A stretch of 60,494 bases of DNA, filler included, from Circinaria calcarea (lineage: Eukaryota), in assembly GCA_051942165.1 (NCBI GenBank). It is 9 parts of 9 records of this genome, joined end to end, with 100 filler letters (N's around TTAATTAATTAA, not from the genome) between each part and the next. Parts side by side here need not be neighbours in the genome. Positions count along the whole stretch, not along the records: positions 1 to 6,648 come from JAVECS010001528.1; positions 6,749 to 13,395 come from JAVECS010001529.1; 7 more parts are not named here. One strand, given 5' to 3'. Every line of letters begins with the position of its first letter. Position 1 is the stretch's first letter. This document shows, one piece after another, positions 1-10,690 of the stretch. The notes under the pieces were generated by a model. It was not told the origin of the DNA. It made no database searches and was given only the letters and a program-made list of their open reading frames with translations. A program made the position numbers and the translations under genes.

Positions 1-663
1 TAAATGTGTGATACATTTGTAAGGTTGGGAATCGATGGGACGGTAAGTAGGGGTGGAGATGGAAAAGCGGTGGATACTTTGAGAGTACCTTCGACCAGCG
101 TCGTTTTGGGTAGGGGGAGGGGGTTTGAGAATATTGCTGCCGAGGATTAAGGCCTTTTGTTCGACACCGACCTAGCTGTACATAGGAAATAGCCAGAAAT
201 TTACCCTGTCAGTTAGTCACGGGGAATCTTGCAGGGTTCCAAAGTGACCTTCTTGAAGATTCTCTGCGATATAGCTAATTTGATTTTTGCTAGAGGAGCT
301 ATTCTACGTTTGGTATCATAAAACTCACAGCAACCGCCAAAGATCTTCCGATGCATGGCAAATGTAGTGATTAATATCCCTGCCAGCCGACTCTTTCCGT
401 AGCCCGTAAAAGCCCATGATCTAAGTGATGTGTTTGTGATTGAGCATACGAAATAAGCAGATGGTGGTGAATGACGCCTTACTTTAAACGTTGGAAAAGT
501 AAAAGTAAGCGACGAAGCCAGGGATGAGTGTCGAGAAGAGGTATAGTTCGCGATCAAGGGTAAGAGGGGTATTGCATCGCAATAATTTGGAGTGGTCGAA
601 ATCTCGCTGATGAACCGGAAAAGATCCTAAACCAATGCAAATGCAAGCCCGGATAGGCCGATA

Positions 664-2716
664 TTATCGTACGGACCAGATTGTATGGCTTAGCCGTGCT
701 CTGAAGATACCGGCCAAAGGTGTACTCCACCATCTTCTGATAATGTGCGACAGAGATCCGGTTTGGGCAGTCGTGACAATCAGGAGTATAGTACAGAGGA
801 AAGCAATGACTCCACTTGCTTTGAGCAGATTGGCTACCTTCAACTGGTAGCCCGAAGCATAATGGATGAGGACCATGTCGGGTGGCACGCTGGGAAGAGA
901 GTCAATGACAAAGAACACTGAAGCTGGAAAAATGGATTAGCTTGATCATCGAACAGATTTACATGCTACTCACTGAGGATAGCTGCGGCATAAACGGCCA
1001 TTTTGCGGTTAAATATGAACAGTATAATCACCACAGTCCAAGGCCACCTCCAGCGTACCCAGGAACCAAATATGCCACCGAACTGAGCAATATTCTTAAG
1101 GACCAAGGAGATATCCTTGAGCTTGGATCCAACGTTTGAGGCCGAGGCATCGATCAGGGCGAGTCTTTCACTAGTCACTTGCATGGCAACCTGCATCTGG
1201 TTGTGCAAGCGGGTCTGGGTCTCCGATTGAATACTTTGTAATTCATGGAATGCTTCAGCTTTTGTTTGTAGCTTATCGAAGGACGTATCCAAGACGACCA
1301 GTTTCTGTAAAATCATAAATATCCATTATGTTGAGCTCAGTCTAGTGGGGCTCACCTGGTCTAAAGCGTCTTGTCTGAAATACACGTTTGTAACTAGTTC
1401 GTTTGTGAGTTGCTGTAGTCTATTTAGTATGTACTCTGATCCAACCGTGGGTGCGCAACGCTCACTAGCTGGCGATGAAGATCACCGAAAGCGCTCAGGA
1501 GTACGTCGACATTTTGAATCCTCATTGTGTCTAGTGTGTTTCGCAATTCCACTGCCGCACCTTGGCTGATTTCCCACTCTCTTGTCTGGCTAGCTGCGAT
1601 TTCCGAGCTGCCTTGTAGTACTTGCTGGAAAACTTTACCGATGCTCTTGTTGAGGCCGATTGCATCATCGTTAGATTTGCGTATAATCTGGACATATATA
1701 AGCAGCGTCCATGTCATATCAGAGGATCTTTCAACACACCTGGCTTAGGCCAATAACATCCGTTTCGAGAACTTTAACTACCGATGACACTCGTCTTAAT
1801 AAGTTTTGCATCACAGAATCCATACTTTCCATCAAGCGCATAAAGTAAGATTGGGTCTCGTCGCTTGCTAACTCGAGATCTCGCAGAAGCTGTCTTTGGA
1901 ATGAATCAATTGCTTTCGCAAGGTCTCGTTGTTGCACCATCCGTTGTGCGGCATCTTGTAGTGTCTGACTCAACATGTCATCAAGGTCAGAGCCTGTAGA
2001 GACTAGCGACTTCAGGACTCGTATCATGTCATCTAGGACCAACGTAAGTAACAAATGCCTTCAATTTCACCGATAAACCGACCTTTTTCAATCTCTACTC
2101 GCGCCGCCCGGCACATGACTACTGCGTTTTGTTTGTTATTGCTGTAACTGGTCCACCATTGAGGTCTTGACTCCAGAGATTGGAGGCATTGACTCAGTTG
2201 ATACTTGTCAACCTTGTAGTATCCTTTTGCTTGCTTGTCTGATGCGGTAGGTGATATAAGTGCGCATTGTGGCGGAGTTAGAGCTCCAGCGCTCCGAAGC
2301 TCACAAACAGCGAGCTGGGCGGCGTATATGGATTTTACATCATCAGTTGAATTTTCCGAGTCAGAAGAAGGCCCTTCAATCGATTTGCATGATGTCAGTA
2401 GGCTAGAAGCTGCGAGTCGGTTACACGAGGGAGCCGATTGTATTGATCCTAAAAGTTCCGCCGCCTTCAAATACAGTTCGGATTGACCATTAAGGGGGTT
2501 CAATATAAGCGTCGTGAGGTCGGTATAAACGTTGCTTTTATCGGTAGGCTGAGCCGAGGACGAGGCTACATCCACTCTCGTGATAGAGGGGATCTCACTG
2601 TTACTTTTCGACCAGAAACCTGAAGCAGCGGACTGCGTAGGGAAGGGCAGAACAAAGACCGCAAGTACCACCAGGCAAGGATAATGGCCAAGTGCGAATC
2701 TCCTTGCCCACCGCAT
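664..2716 (-). CDS. KAR5: Nuclear fusion (karyogamy) protein Kar5/Tht1, 6 exons (approx. 2716-2083, 2032-1740, 1687-1466, 1412-1356, 1304-974, 923-664)
   Basis: Signal peptide, then the Cys-rich Tht1 domain (CNRLAASSLLTSC...YAAQLAVCEL...CLQSLESRPQWWTSYSN..QNAVVMC), coiled-coil exons and C-terminal TM helices. GT-AG introns join ORFs 2033-2905, 1731-2054, 1424-1717, 966-1316 and 664-918 in frame. Confidence 0.88.
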
Positions 2717-3344
2717 GACGGATAGGAAGTAAGGAGAAGCGGATAAGAACGCTGCACTTCTAAGGGAGGTCAAGCTGACTGAAGATAATAGTAAAGATGG
2801 AGGACTCGTAGGACACGATTTAAGCAGAGGGTAATGAAGTATAGGAAGTGAAGAAGAAGTCGAAGGTGACAGTGAAAGACAGTGAAGGAAATGAGAACCG
2901 TCCACGACGGCTATGGCTCCGTGAGATGGATTGATTCACTTTGGACGACAGTCTTGTCAGCTCGCCGTCGCCTATAAGACGTACTCTGGTCAATTAGTTA
3001 GAAGCATCAATATACACTGTCATAGTCTCCCCAAGTAGCCGGACAAGTCACGCAGAAGGAGATTAGTTTCCACAACAGTGACTATTATACAATCTCCAGG
3101 CTTTGCCGCTATGTAGGAATGATGGATGCCTTCATTTTGTGCTCTGAGGTATATATATTGCACTCGTAAGAAGTCGGCGGGTGGATGTTCATCGACTGAA
3201 GGACGAAGTCGAGATTGAGTTTTCGGTCTAGGCCCTATTAGGACCGAGTCTTGGCGTGGTTTCTCATGAGGTATAGTTTTGGTACATGGAGCTTCGGCGG
3301 AAAGAGGTTGTTCTTGAGATGGTCGCAGTGAAAACGTAAAGAAC

Positions 3345-4198
3345 ATGCTCTGTACTGCACGAACCACGACCTTGAGTAGCCTTAGGTTGTCGGCTCTACC
3401 AGACTTCTTACTACCTGCCTTTTCAAATGTCTCACCGTCGCCGCGATCTTTCACCACAACGGTACAACGCTCATCACGAATAGGGGGAGCTGCCTTGTCT
3501 CTACCCCCAGAAGTAGACTTGAGACTTCTAGAACCTCCGGCACCAAGACGGAAGGCTATTACTAGGATCGCACCTTTGAGAACCGTTGAAGTCGAGGGTC
3601 CACTTGGTGACTCTATCGTGCTTTGCTCTTGGGGGGATTTGTTGCTGATATGGTGATAGGGAAAATGGCGATAAAAATCCCCTCCTACATGGATATAGAC
3701 CACGATCGTGAAACCAGGAAAGCCAAACTGTGTGTACAGAATCCCGAAGAACGTACGCAGCGAGAAATGTGGGGTTAGTTTTCTTGTACATTAGCATGCC
3801 GCACCTACTAAAGTAAATGCTTAGGTACTACGCGGGCGTATTTGCAGAACCATATACTCGGGGTTTCGGAAGGTCATACCGCAATTCTACGGCTCGTAGG
3901 TGTTGGGTACCGAGCAACAGTCGAATCAACGGCTACGACCGTCCAATCCGAATACCCGGGCCAGCAATTCGTCTCATTAAAGGTGGGTTATTCGCACCCT
4001 GTTGAGCTGGGGGTACCTCCAGGTGTCAAAGCTAGTACCCCACAGCCTACCCGGATACTTCTTGAGGGAGTGGAGAAAGAGGTTGTCAATCAATTCGCGG
4101 CCAAAATAAGGATGTGGAGGAAACCCGAGCCGTACAAAGGAAAGGGGATATTTGTCAACGGCGAAACCATCAAGCTGAAGGCGAAGAAGATCAAATAG
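3345..4198 (+). CDS. MRPL6: Mitochondrial ribosomal protein uL6m, 3 exons
   Basis: Presequence-like N-terminus, SRIG motif, ...QREMWG/TTRAYLQNHILGVSEGH..LVGVGYRA..., C-terminal WRKPEPYKGKGI L6 signature; introns at 3607-3659 and about 3774-3824. Confidence 0.95.
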
Positions 4199-4539
4199 GG
4201 TTGACTAGGACCCTTCAGCTCTCCTACATTATTAGCGTTTTTGTACTGGTTCACAATTGGCACGGGTGCTAGACCTCTCATCGGGCAAAGGCTGCAGCAG
4301 GAGGCCATTCGGCTATTGATCTCTCGGGTGACTGTGTGAATACAACTCGACGTATCATTCTACCATATATGGGAAGGTTGCAAGCATTCTTTTTAGAGGA
4401 GTCATAAGAACCGCGTTTGGAAATAGCTAAACGTAGCATGGCAAAGTCATCGGCCTACAACCGCAAGCATCTCTTTACCGTGTCCATTGCTTCGCACCGA
4501 TAAACACCCCTCGAACGGTATCTCACATTGCCCTCCGCA

Positions 4540-5601
4540 CTACTTTGCTCCAAGTACGCTTTGCACCGCCTGCAAAACCGCATTGTGTATGATTTTAGGC
4601 GCAGCGACAATTCCCTTATTTTTCGATAGTGTCCTACCTTGACCAAAGTCCAATCTATTGCCGTTCATGTCCGTGACCCAGCCTCCAGCCTCACGAACGA
4701 TGATATCGCCTGCAGCGTGATCCCAGATTTTCTCTTCGTAGTCAGCCCGGACTGGCAATCTTAAATACAAATCGGCAGCTCCCCGGGCTATGGATCCGTA
4801 CTTGGCCTGGGAATCCATCCGCACGCTGGGATTGGTTATGCCCAATTTCTTCGCAATAGCGGCCTGGTCACCATGCGCTGAGTGCCCAGCCTCGACACTC
4901 TCGCAGAAAATTGCATCTTTCAAAGAGATGTTCCGCATGCGGATCTTAGGTACTGCCATTGAGTCTACCGGAGGAAGCCGAAGAGGTTGACTGATAGCAC
5001 CTTGGCCAATGGCGGCAGCAAAAATCACACCTCTGGAATCATCATTCCCAAGAGCATCCACATCTGCTGTGATCGGGGCAGTGTCATCGCGTGGTAGGTT
5101 TGGACAACCCAGGACACCAACTTTAACCTCGCCGTCTTCAATCAAAGCCAGACAAACGGCATATTGGCCGCCTCGAAGGAAACCTTTGGTGCCATCGATA
5201 GGATCCAAAGCCCAGATTCTCCCTTTCGCCCCGCCCGCACTCTTGCCAGCATCTATTGCTTGCAGCATTTGCTCCTCACTCTCTAACACACCGCCTAGCT
5301 CGAGGTTGGTCGCTTCATTTGATAACTTGGTTTCCCTCACAAACGCCCAAATTTGGGAGCTGAGGGTCTTGTTGTTGCGCAAAGAGCTGGCTTCTTCTTC
5401 GCCAACGATTTCGTCTTTGGGGAAGTTATGCTTGATTGCTTGAATAATCAAAGCTTGTGCCCCAAAGTCACCGATTGTAACGGGTGATTTGTCATCTTTG
5501 GATAGAGTGCCTTTCGATTTCTCATGGAACACTTTCTGCGTGAGGATACTCGCGCGCTGAACAGCTAAGTAAGCAATGTGGAGTTCCTTGTCGTAAGACA
5601 T
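4540..5601 (-). CDS. MET22: 3'(2'),5'-bisphosphate nucleotidase (inositol monophosphatase family); an upstream in-frame ATG at 5772 is possible
   Basis: SKDDKSPVTIGDFGAQA, GEE, WALDPIDGTKGFLRGGQYAVCLAL, MDSQAKYGSIARG and EKIWDHAAG motifs; intronless. Confidence 0.96.
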   Translation of the reverse strand: MSYDKELHIAYLAVQRASILTQKVFHEKSKGTLSKDDKSPVTIGDFGAQALIIQAIKHNFPKDEIVGEEEASSLRNNKTLSSQIWAFVRETKLSNEATNLELGGVLESEEQMLQAIDAGKSAGGAKGRIWALDPIDGTKGFLRGGQYAVCLALIEDGEVKVGVLGCPNLPRDDTAPITADVDALGNDDSRGVIFAAAIGQGAISQPLRLPPVDSMAVPKIRMRNISLKDAIFCESVEAGHSAHGDQAAIAKKLGITNPSVRMDSQAKYGSIARGAADLYLRLPVRADYEEKIWDHAAGDIIVREAGGWVTDMNGNRLDFGQGRTLSKNKGIVAAPKIIHNAVLQAVQSVLGAK

Positions 5602-6025
5602 CTTGGAACCGGAAGAAAACTGTGTGGAGCTGGAAAAGAAGTGATTGCAGAGAAGATGCAGACGGCGAGCTGATAGTGATAGCGTACTAAGAGCCAGAAT
5701 CGTAATGGAGAGAAGTAAGAAAACAACACGTTTTGTTGTATACGATCTAAGCGTTGCTTGTATGGCAATCATACACAGAACACTCCCGTGAGCACTAGAG
5801 GAGAAGAGTATCAAGATCAACAGGGATGATACTTGGTTGCCTGATATTTATTTCTTGATGAAGAAGGACCGTTCAAAGTTTTATGCGCCAAGCAGTATGT
5901 AGCTTTGTACCGAGAGTTATGCAATGATTGCATATTCTAATCGGTAGCACCATTCAGACTTTGAACACTGTAGCAAGGCTTGTTCAATAATCCCAACAAA
6001 GGCGACATCCTGTCTCTCGATCAAG

Positions 6026-6648
6026 ATGTCATATGCACTGAGCACTACTAAGCGGAAGTTCCATCGTATTCTTGACTCCATCTCGAATACCTCTAGTACT
6101 TCCCTGGCTCAGAGGCGCGACAGCAACGCTTCGACCACAACTTTACCGGCCAATCTCGAATCTCCTACCAAAAGGATACGCGTTGCACGTTCCCAAAGCG
6201 CGTATGCGCCTTCCACTTCACTGATCGACCTGGAGCACGTTCCAAAACTACGTGTTTCGCCCAAATCGGCGAAGCCGACAGCTGCGAGTGAAGAGCAGAC
6301 AAAGCCGCATTTTACGCCGTGGGATCGTGGTCGGTTTCTTGAACGGTTGAAGACCTTCAGACACGTGGATAAGTGGATGTCAAAACCTGTGGAAATAAAC
6401 GAAGTGCAGTGGGCGAAGAGGGGCTGGATATGCGTAGGAAAAGAAAGAGTCCATTGCCCCGCTTGCGGTAGGGAGGTTGTCGTTCAACTAGAAAGTGGAC
6501 AATTGGGAATTGATAGTGGCGAGGGAAATGCAGACTACGATGAGTCTGAAGGGGACGATTGGAGAGCGGCTGCGCAAGAGCAACTCGTGGAAAAGTATGC
6601 AGAGATGATTACCACGGAGCACGAAGAAGGCTGCTTATGGCGAGTACG
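6026..6648 (+). CDS. C3HC zinc-finger protein (Rsm1/Pml39/NIPA family), 3' truncated by the contig end
   Basis: TTKRKFHRILDSI N-terminus; PWDRGRFLERLKTF...WAKRGW.C.....V.C..C....H.E.CLWR zf-C3HC pattern. Confidence 0.85.
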
Positions 6649-6748
6649 NNNNNNNNNNNNNNNNNNNNNNNNNNNNNNNNNNNNNNNNNNNNTTAATTAA
6701 TTAANNNNNNNNNNNNNNNNNNNNNNNNNNNNNNNNNNNNNNNNNNNN
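6649..6748. other. Artificial contig spacer (N44-TTAATTAATTAA-N44)
   Basis: Identical 100-bp linker with stops in all frames; genes are cut on both sides. Confidence 0.99.
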
Positions 6749-7471
6749 CTATACAAAGGTTGAGATACGTCGGACGAATCCTTACCTCGTCCTCGCCACA
6801 GCGTTGTACCTCGCTTGCAAGATGGAAGAATGCCCGCAACATATAAGAGTTGTTGTCACTGAGGCAAGAAACCTATGGCCAGGTACGCCTGTATCCACAA
6901 AGGTACAAGAATTGTAGCTCACAGGCCTGTAGAGTTTATCGTATCCGACATCTCCAAACTCGGCGAATGCGAATTCTTTTTGATCTCAGAGATGAACTGC
7001 CAGCTCATCTTGCACCATCCTTATCGAACTCTCCTCGACCTGCAGAGCACCCTCGGTATAGCTCAGGATGAGGTGTCACTATCGTGGTCAATTATTAATG
7101 ACCACTACCTAACAGACATCCCACTCCTATTTCCCCCACACGTGGTCGCTGTTACCGCGATATTCTTAGCTTTGGTCCTTAAGCCTACACAAACGGGTTT
7201 GCAGGCCGCAGCCAATTCGGCTACAGCTTTAGCGCATGCTACGCAGAGCATGAAAGATGGACTCTCTGCCGAAAATACGGCTTCGAATTCTTCACAGGGA
7301 AAAGTACAGTTCCTGGTCAAGTGGCTTGCGGAGAGCGAGATCGATATCAAGGCGATGATTGAATGCACGCAAGAGATTATTTCACTGTACGAAGTCTGGG
7401 AGCGGTACAGCGAAAAAACTTGCAAGGAACAGATAGCAAGATTCGTTAAAGGCAGAGCGATGGACAAGTAA
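6749..7471 (+). CDS. SSN8: Cyclin C (Mediator kinase module), 5' truncated
   Basis: [33 protein letters not shown], intron at about 6883-6932, then [32 protein letters not shown]...[11 protein letters not shown]. Confidence 0.95.
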
Positions 7472-8149
7472 GGCAGTACACAATCATCAAATATGAAACA
7501 GGAAGCTTTCAGACAATCAAGGTATATCTGGTACATTTCCATGTCCTGACGGAGCACAGTCCTAGAAAAAGGTCGTTTGCCTCTTGAATATGGAAACCTT
7601 TTCCGAAGGACTATGATTGAACCAAAACCTACCAGGATCGATTATGGTCATTATACCTAATTGCAAGTTTATACTACGCTCTCTAATTCCTGCCGCCCAT
7701 GCCAACCCAGAACTGTGGGTTTCAAGACGCAGCAGCGCAGCCAACTCTTCATCGCTGTAACAACTTGAAGCAAGCTATCTGCACGAAGGATGAAAGTGAA
7801 AGAGAAACTCCTCTTACACCAGGGAACAGAGTCCGAGAAATTGCTATCAGATCGTTAGAAGTTGGCCAGGGCGTTGCACGAGCTCTATACTGTGCGAGTA
7901 AATTACTGGCAGCACTCTAAGCATATTTCATTCGAGTTCGCAAATCTGTGATATGTCATTGTTTACCCCACCGGTGTATCACAAACGACTAGAAAATCGT
8001 CAATTCAATCTGATCTAATCAAAAAATAGATCAACGCTCTCGATTCCCAAGCCCTCTGCACCGTCCCATCGCTCACAGGCTCTTTTCTCCGCTACACGAA
8101 CAATCAGTCGCCGAGCAAGGACAACTCAGACAGACTCGACAGCTCACCT

Positions 8150-8931
8150 ACATTGGAGAAATACATCCGCCCGCTTTCTTCGACCAAAAACAAGGCGGGG
8201 GAAAAGCCAGAACCAAATTGATAATACCGTAAGATAGGGAGTGTGTATCAACATTCGAATAGACGTCCAAAAGATTCTCTTAGCTCCGATCGCCCATGCT
8301 GACACCGTTAGGAACGCATCCCCAATCCCTGATGAGTTGTTTGTCCTTGTCAGAGGTGAGGATCGCTCCAGGCTCATGTCAGCCATACAAAACGGATTTA
8401 CCTGCGGACTCAGAAACCCATTAAGATCTTGTGAAGTGTGGCTTGCTAGCCCGGAATGATATGGGTTGGGAAGTGGTGTACAGGCGCCTTGGGAGGATGT
8501 ACACGATAACAAGGACGGAAATTCGCAGAACTTCTACCTGCTTCAAACCTGCATCAGCTCCACTGCACTATAAGTCATTTATATCCTCCACTGCTTGAAT
8601 GTTTTGCCGATATATGTTACAGGATATATTCAGACGGCAGTACTGGTAGCTTTTGGAACGGGCTGCTTCTCCCGAAGATGAGGACTTTGGTGATTGGCTG
8701 ACACATATCGACCAGTGCTTTGAATATTTACGATTAAGTATCACGTGCGGCGACTTTCTTGTGTTTGAACCTGATAGCCCACCAGGAACACCGGACGTTC
8801 TGACAGTACATAACCTAGGCTATGATGTAACTTACAGCTGCATTAACTTTGACCGCTTATTGAATTATCGATCCCATCAAGCGGGGTTCTATAACCAATC
8901 AAAGCAGACTGAGAAGTCGAATCGCAAGTAG
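8150..8931 (+). pseudogene. Degenerate DUF3328/UstYa-family oxidase
   Basis: EVWLASPE*YGLG...NFYLL/(-1)SNLHQLHC, with a donor reading ATAAGT instead of GTAAGT, then HIDQCFEYLRLSITCGD...LGYDVTYSCINFDRL. In-frame TGA at 8457, frameshift near 8543. The 5' boundary is approximate. Confidence 0.75.
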
Positions 8932-9669
8932 AAGGATAAATCAGATATTGAAATGGAAGCATAATTTTTGAGTGGAATAATATATGCGATTTTCAGTGGA
9001 ACTCCTTCCTTTCTCAAAAAGGGACTTGGAGAACTTTCACGCTACCTGTAAAACAATGTGTAATCATTACAAAGAAGTACAAAGGAATCAAAGATGTTAA
9101 TTGAATATGAGTTTAATGACTTCAATTGTGTTGCGTTGCCTACGCGGGAGGTAATCACCCGTTTGAAAGCAAACATCAATGCATGCCCTATTTAATGCGA
9201 AGCATCCTACTAGATGGTCATCACAAAGCTATCCACCTTTGCATGTATATATTCCGATACCTTTTGTAGAGTCTGGGTAATGTAATGACCTGACGTCGGC
9301 AGTCAACTATCTAAAGCTCACTGAAGTCCGGAACGCTTGGCTTAGACCGTAGATAGCTTCCGCTGTCAAACATCGCCCTTACTTCAACGTCGAAACTACT
9401 TCCCCTAGACACGAAGTACTCGAAAACAGTTGGAGGATATATGGGAATCTGTGAACCTACCCGAGCATCCGCAGACAGGCTATCACCACACCACATTGCC
9501 ATCCGGAAGAGTCACCAACAGACCAAAGCAGGCATTGGTGAAATGGGAGAGAAGATTGATCGGTAGGGGAAAAAGAACGCTCGAGGTCACATTTGAACAG
9601 GTATGTTAGTTGGTTGTGAGTATTTGGACTGATTGCATTTTCTGAGTGTGAATATCCATACAGTTGTCG

Positions 9670-10690
9670 TCACTTGCCTTCGTCGGTACTAGAAACAATA
9701 GCAGCACTTTTAGAAAACGCCTCCAATCGCCAACTAGCACACCCCAAAGCAGCCGCCAATCCAAATACGCCGCTCAAGCCCAGCTTCCTAGCCTGTGGAG
9801 CTGACCACTCCCCCCAATTCTTGACGAACAACCAGATGTACCAGGTACCTGACAGAGGCGCCACCTTAAGAAAAATACCAGGTCCAAGATACGTACTAGC
9901 AAGTGAGGCAAATCCGAAGGGTCATCCGCATTAAAGGCCATTAGCCGTCAGTCAAAGATTTCTAAGCCAAGGTCCCTACTCCACTGTTGCAAAGAGAAGA
10001 ATGACGAGAAGAAGAGACAGGCCGAAGGTTGCAAATAGAAGAGCTAAGCTGCTATTCGCTATGAAAGACAGCGTCGTATGCAGAGGTATCAAGAGGAGGA
10101 TACTACCAACACCGATGGTGACGAACATCATGAGTACAGCGTATCCAGCTTGGATGTAGCGTTGGCTCTCCGCAAATCTGGAACAGTTCGACTCCACATC
10201 GTTGAGCTTGTTATTGCAGTCTGGCCCATCCGCTTGCGCTTGCAGGACCTTTTGTCGAACGGTGGGACACTCGGTAATATTGTTTGAGACGGGGGGATAA
10301 AGTAGGGCATCTCTCGTGCCATCAACCAAAGAGCGAAGATCTGCAAAACGATATAGTCAGACTCCCAATACTCGCCGCATAACGATGATGCCACTAAGTA
10401 CTTACTACGAAGACGAAGCGCACGGGCAGGAGTTTCCAGCATCAGATTGGAGTCCAAAAAGGTGCAGGCAGGCTCGGCGTTGAACCTCTCGATATCAGAG
10501 GATAGGCTAATTCCTCCGCCTGAAGAGGCTGTTTCTTCCACAAACATGTGGTCGAATAAATAATCCGCATTGGAGCGTCCAACAGTGAAACCTTCCGAAT
10601 CGTTCGAACCCACAGAATGGACCGAACCAGATCCATACTCCACCTCCATTGATTCCGTATCGTTGCAGTTGTCTCGGATTGGTACCATGG
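9670..10690 (-). pseudogene. Possible decayed multi-pass membrane protein gene of unknown family
   Basis: ORFs 9976-10329 and 9670-9864 share one frame and encode hydrophobic helices; they are separated by an intron-like stretch (GTAGGG...GCTAAT) with a defective acceptor and stops. Confidence 0.3.

Noticed and set aside
3020..3703. 227-aa minus-strand ORF
   Set aside because: Antisense shadow of MRPL6 exon 1 and its promoter; no recognisable motifs
6693..6704. Recurring TTAATTAATTAA palindrome about every 6.7 kb as a biological repeat
   Set aside because: It is always centred in N-runs and is an artificial all-frame-stop linker. ORFs containing X are artefacts of it.
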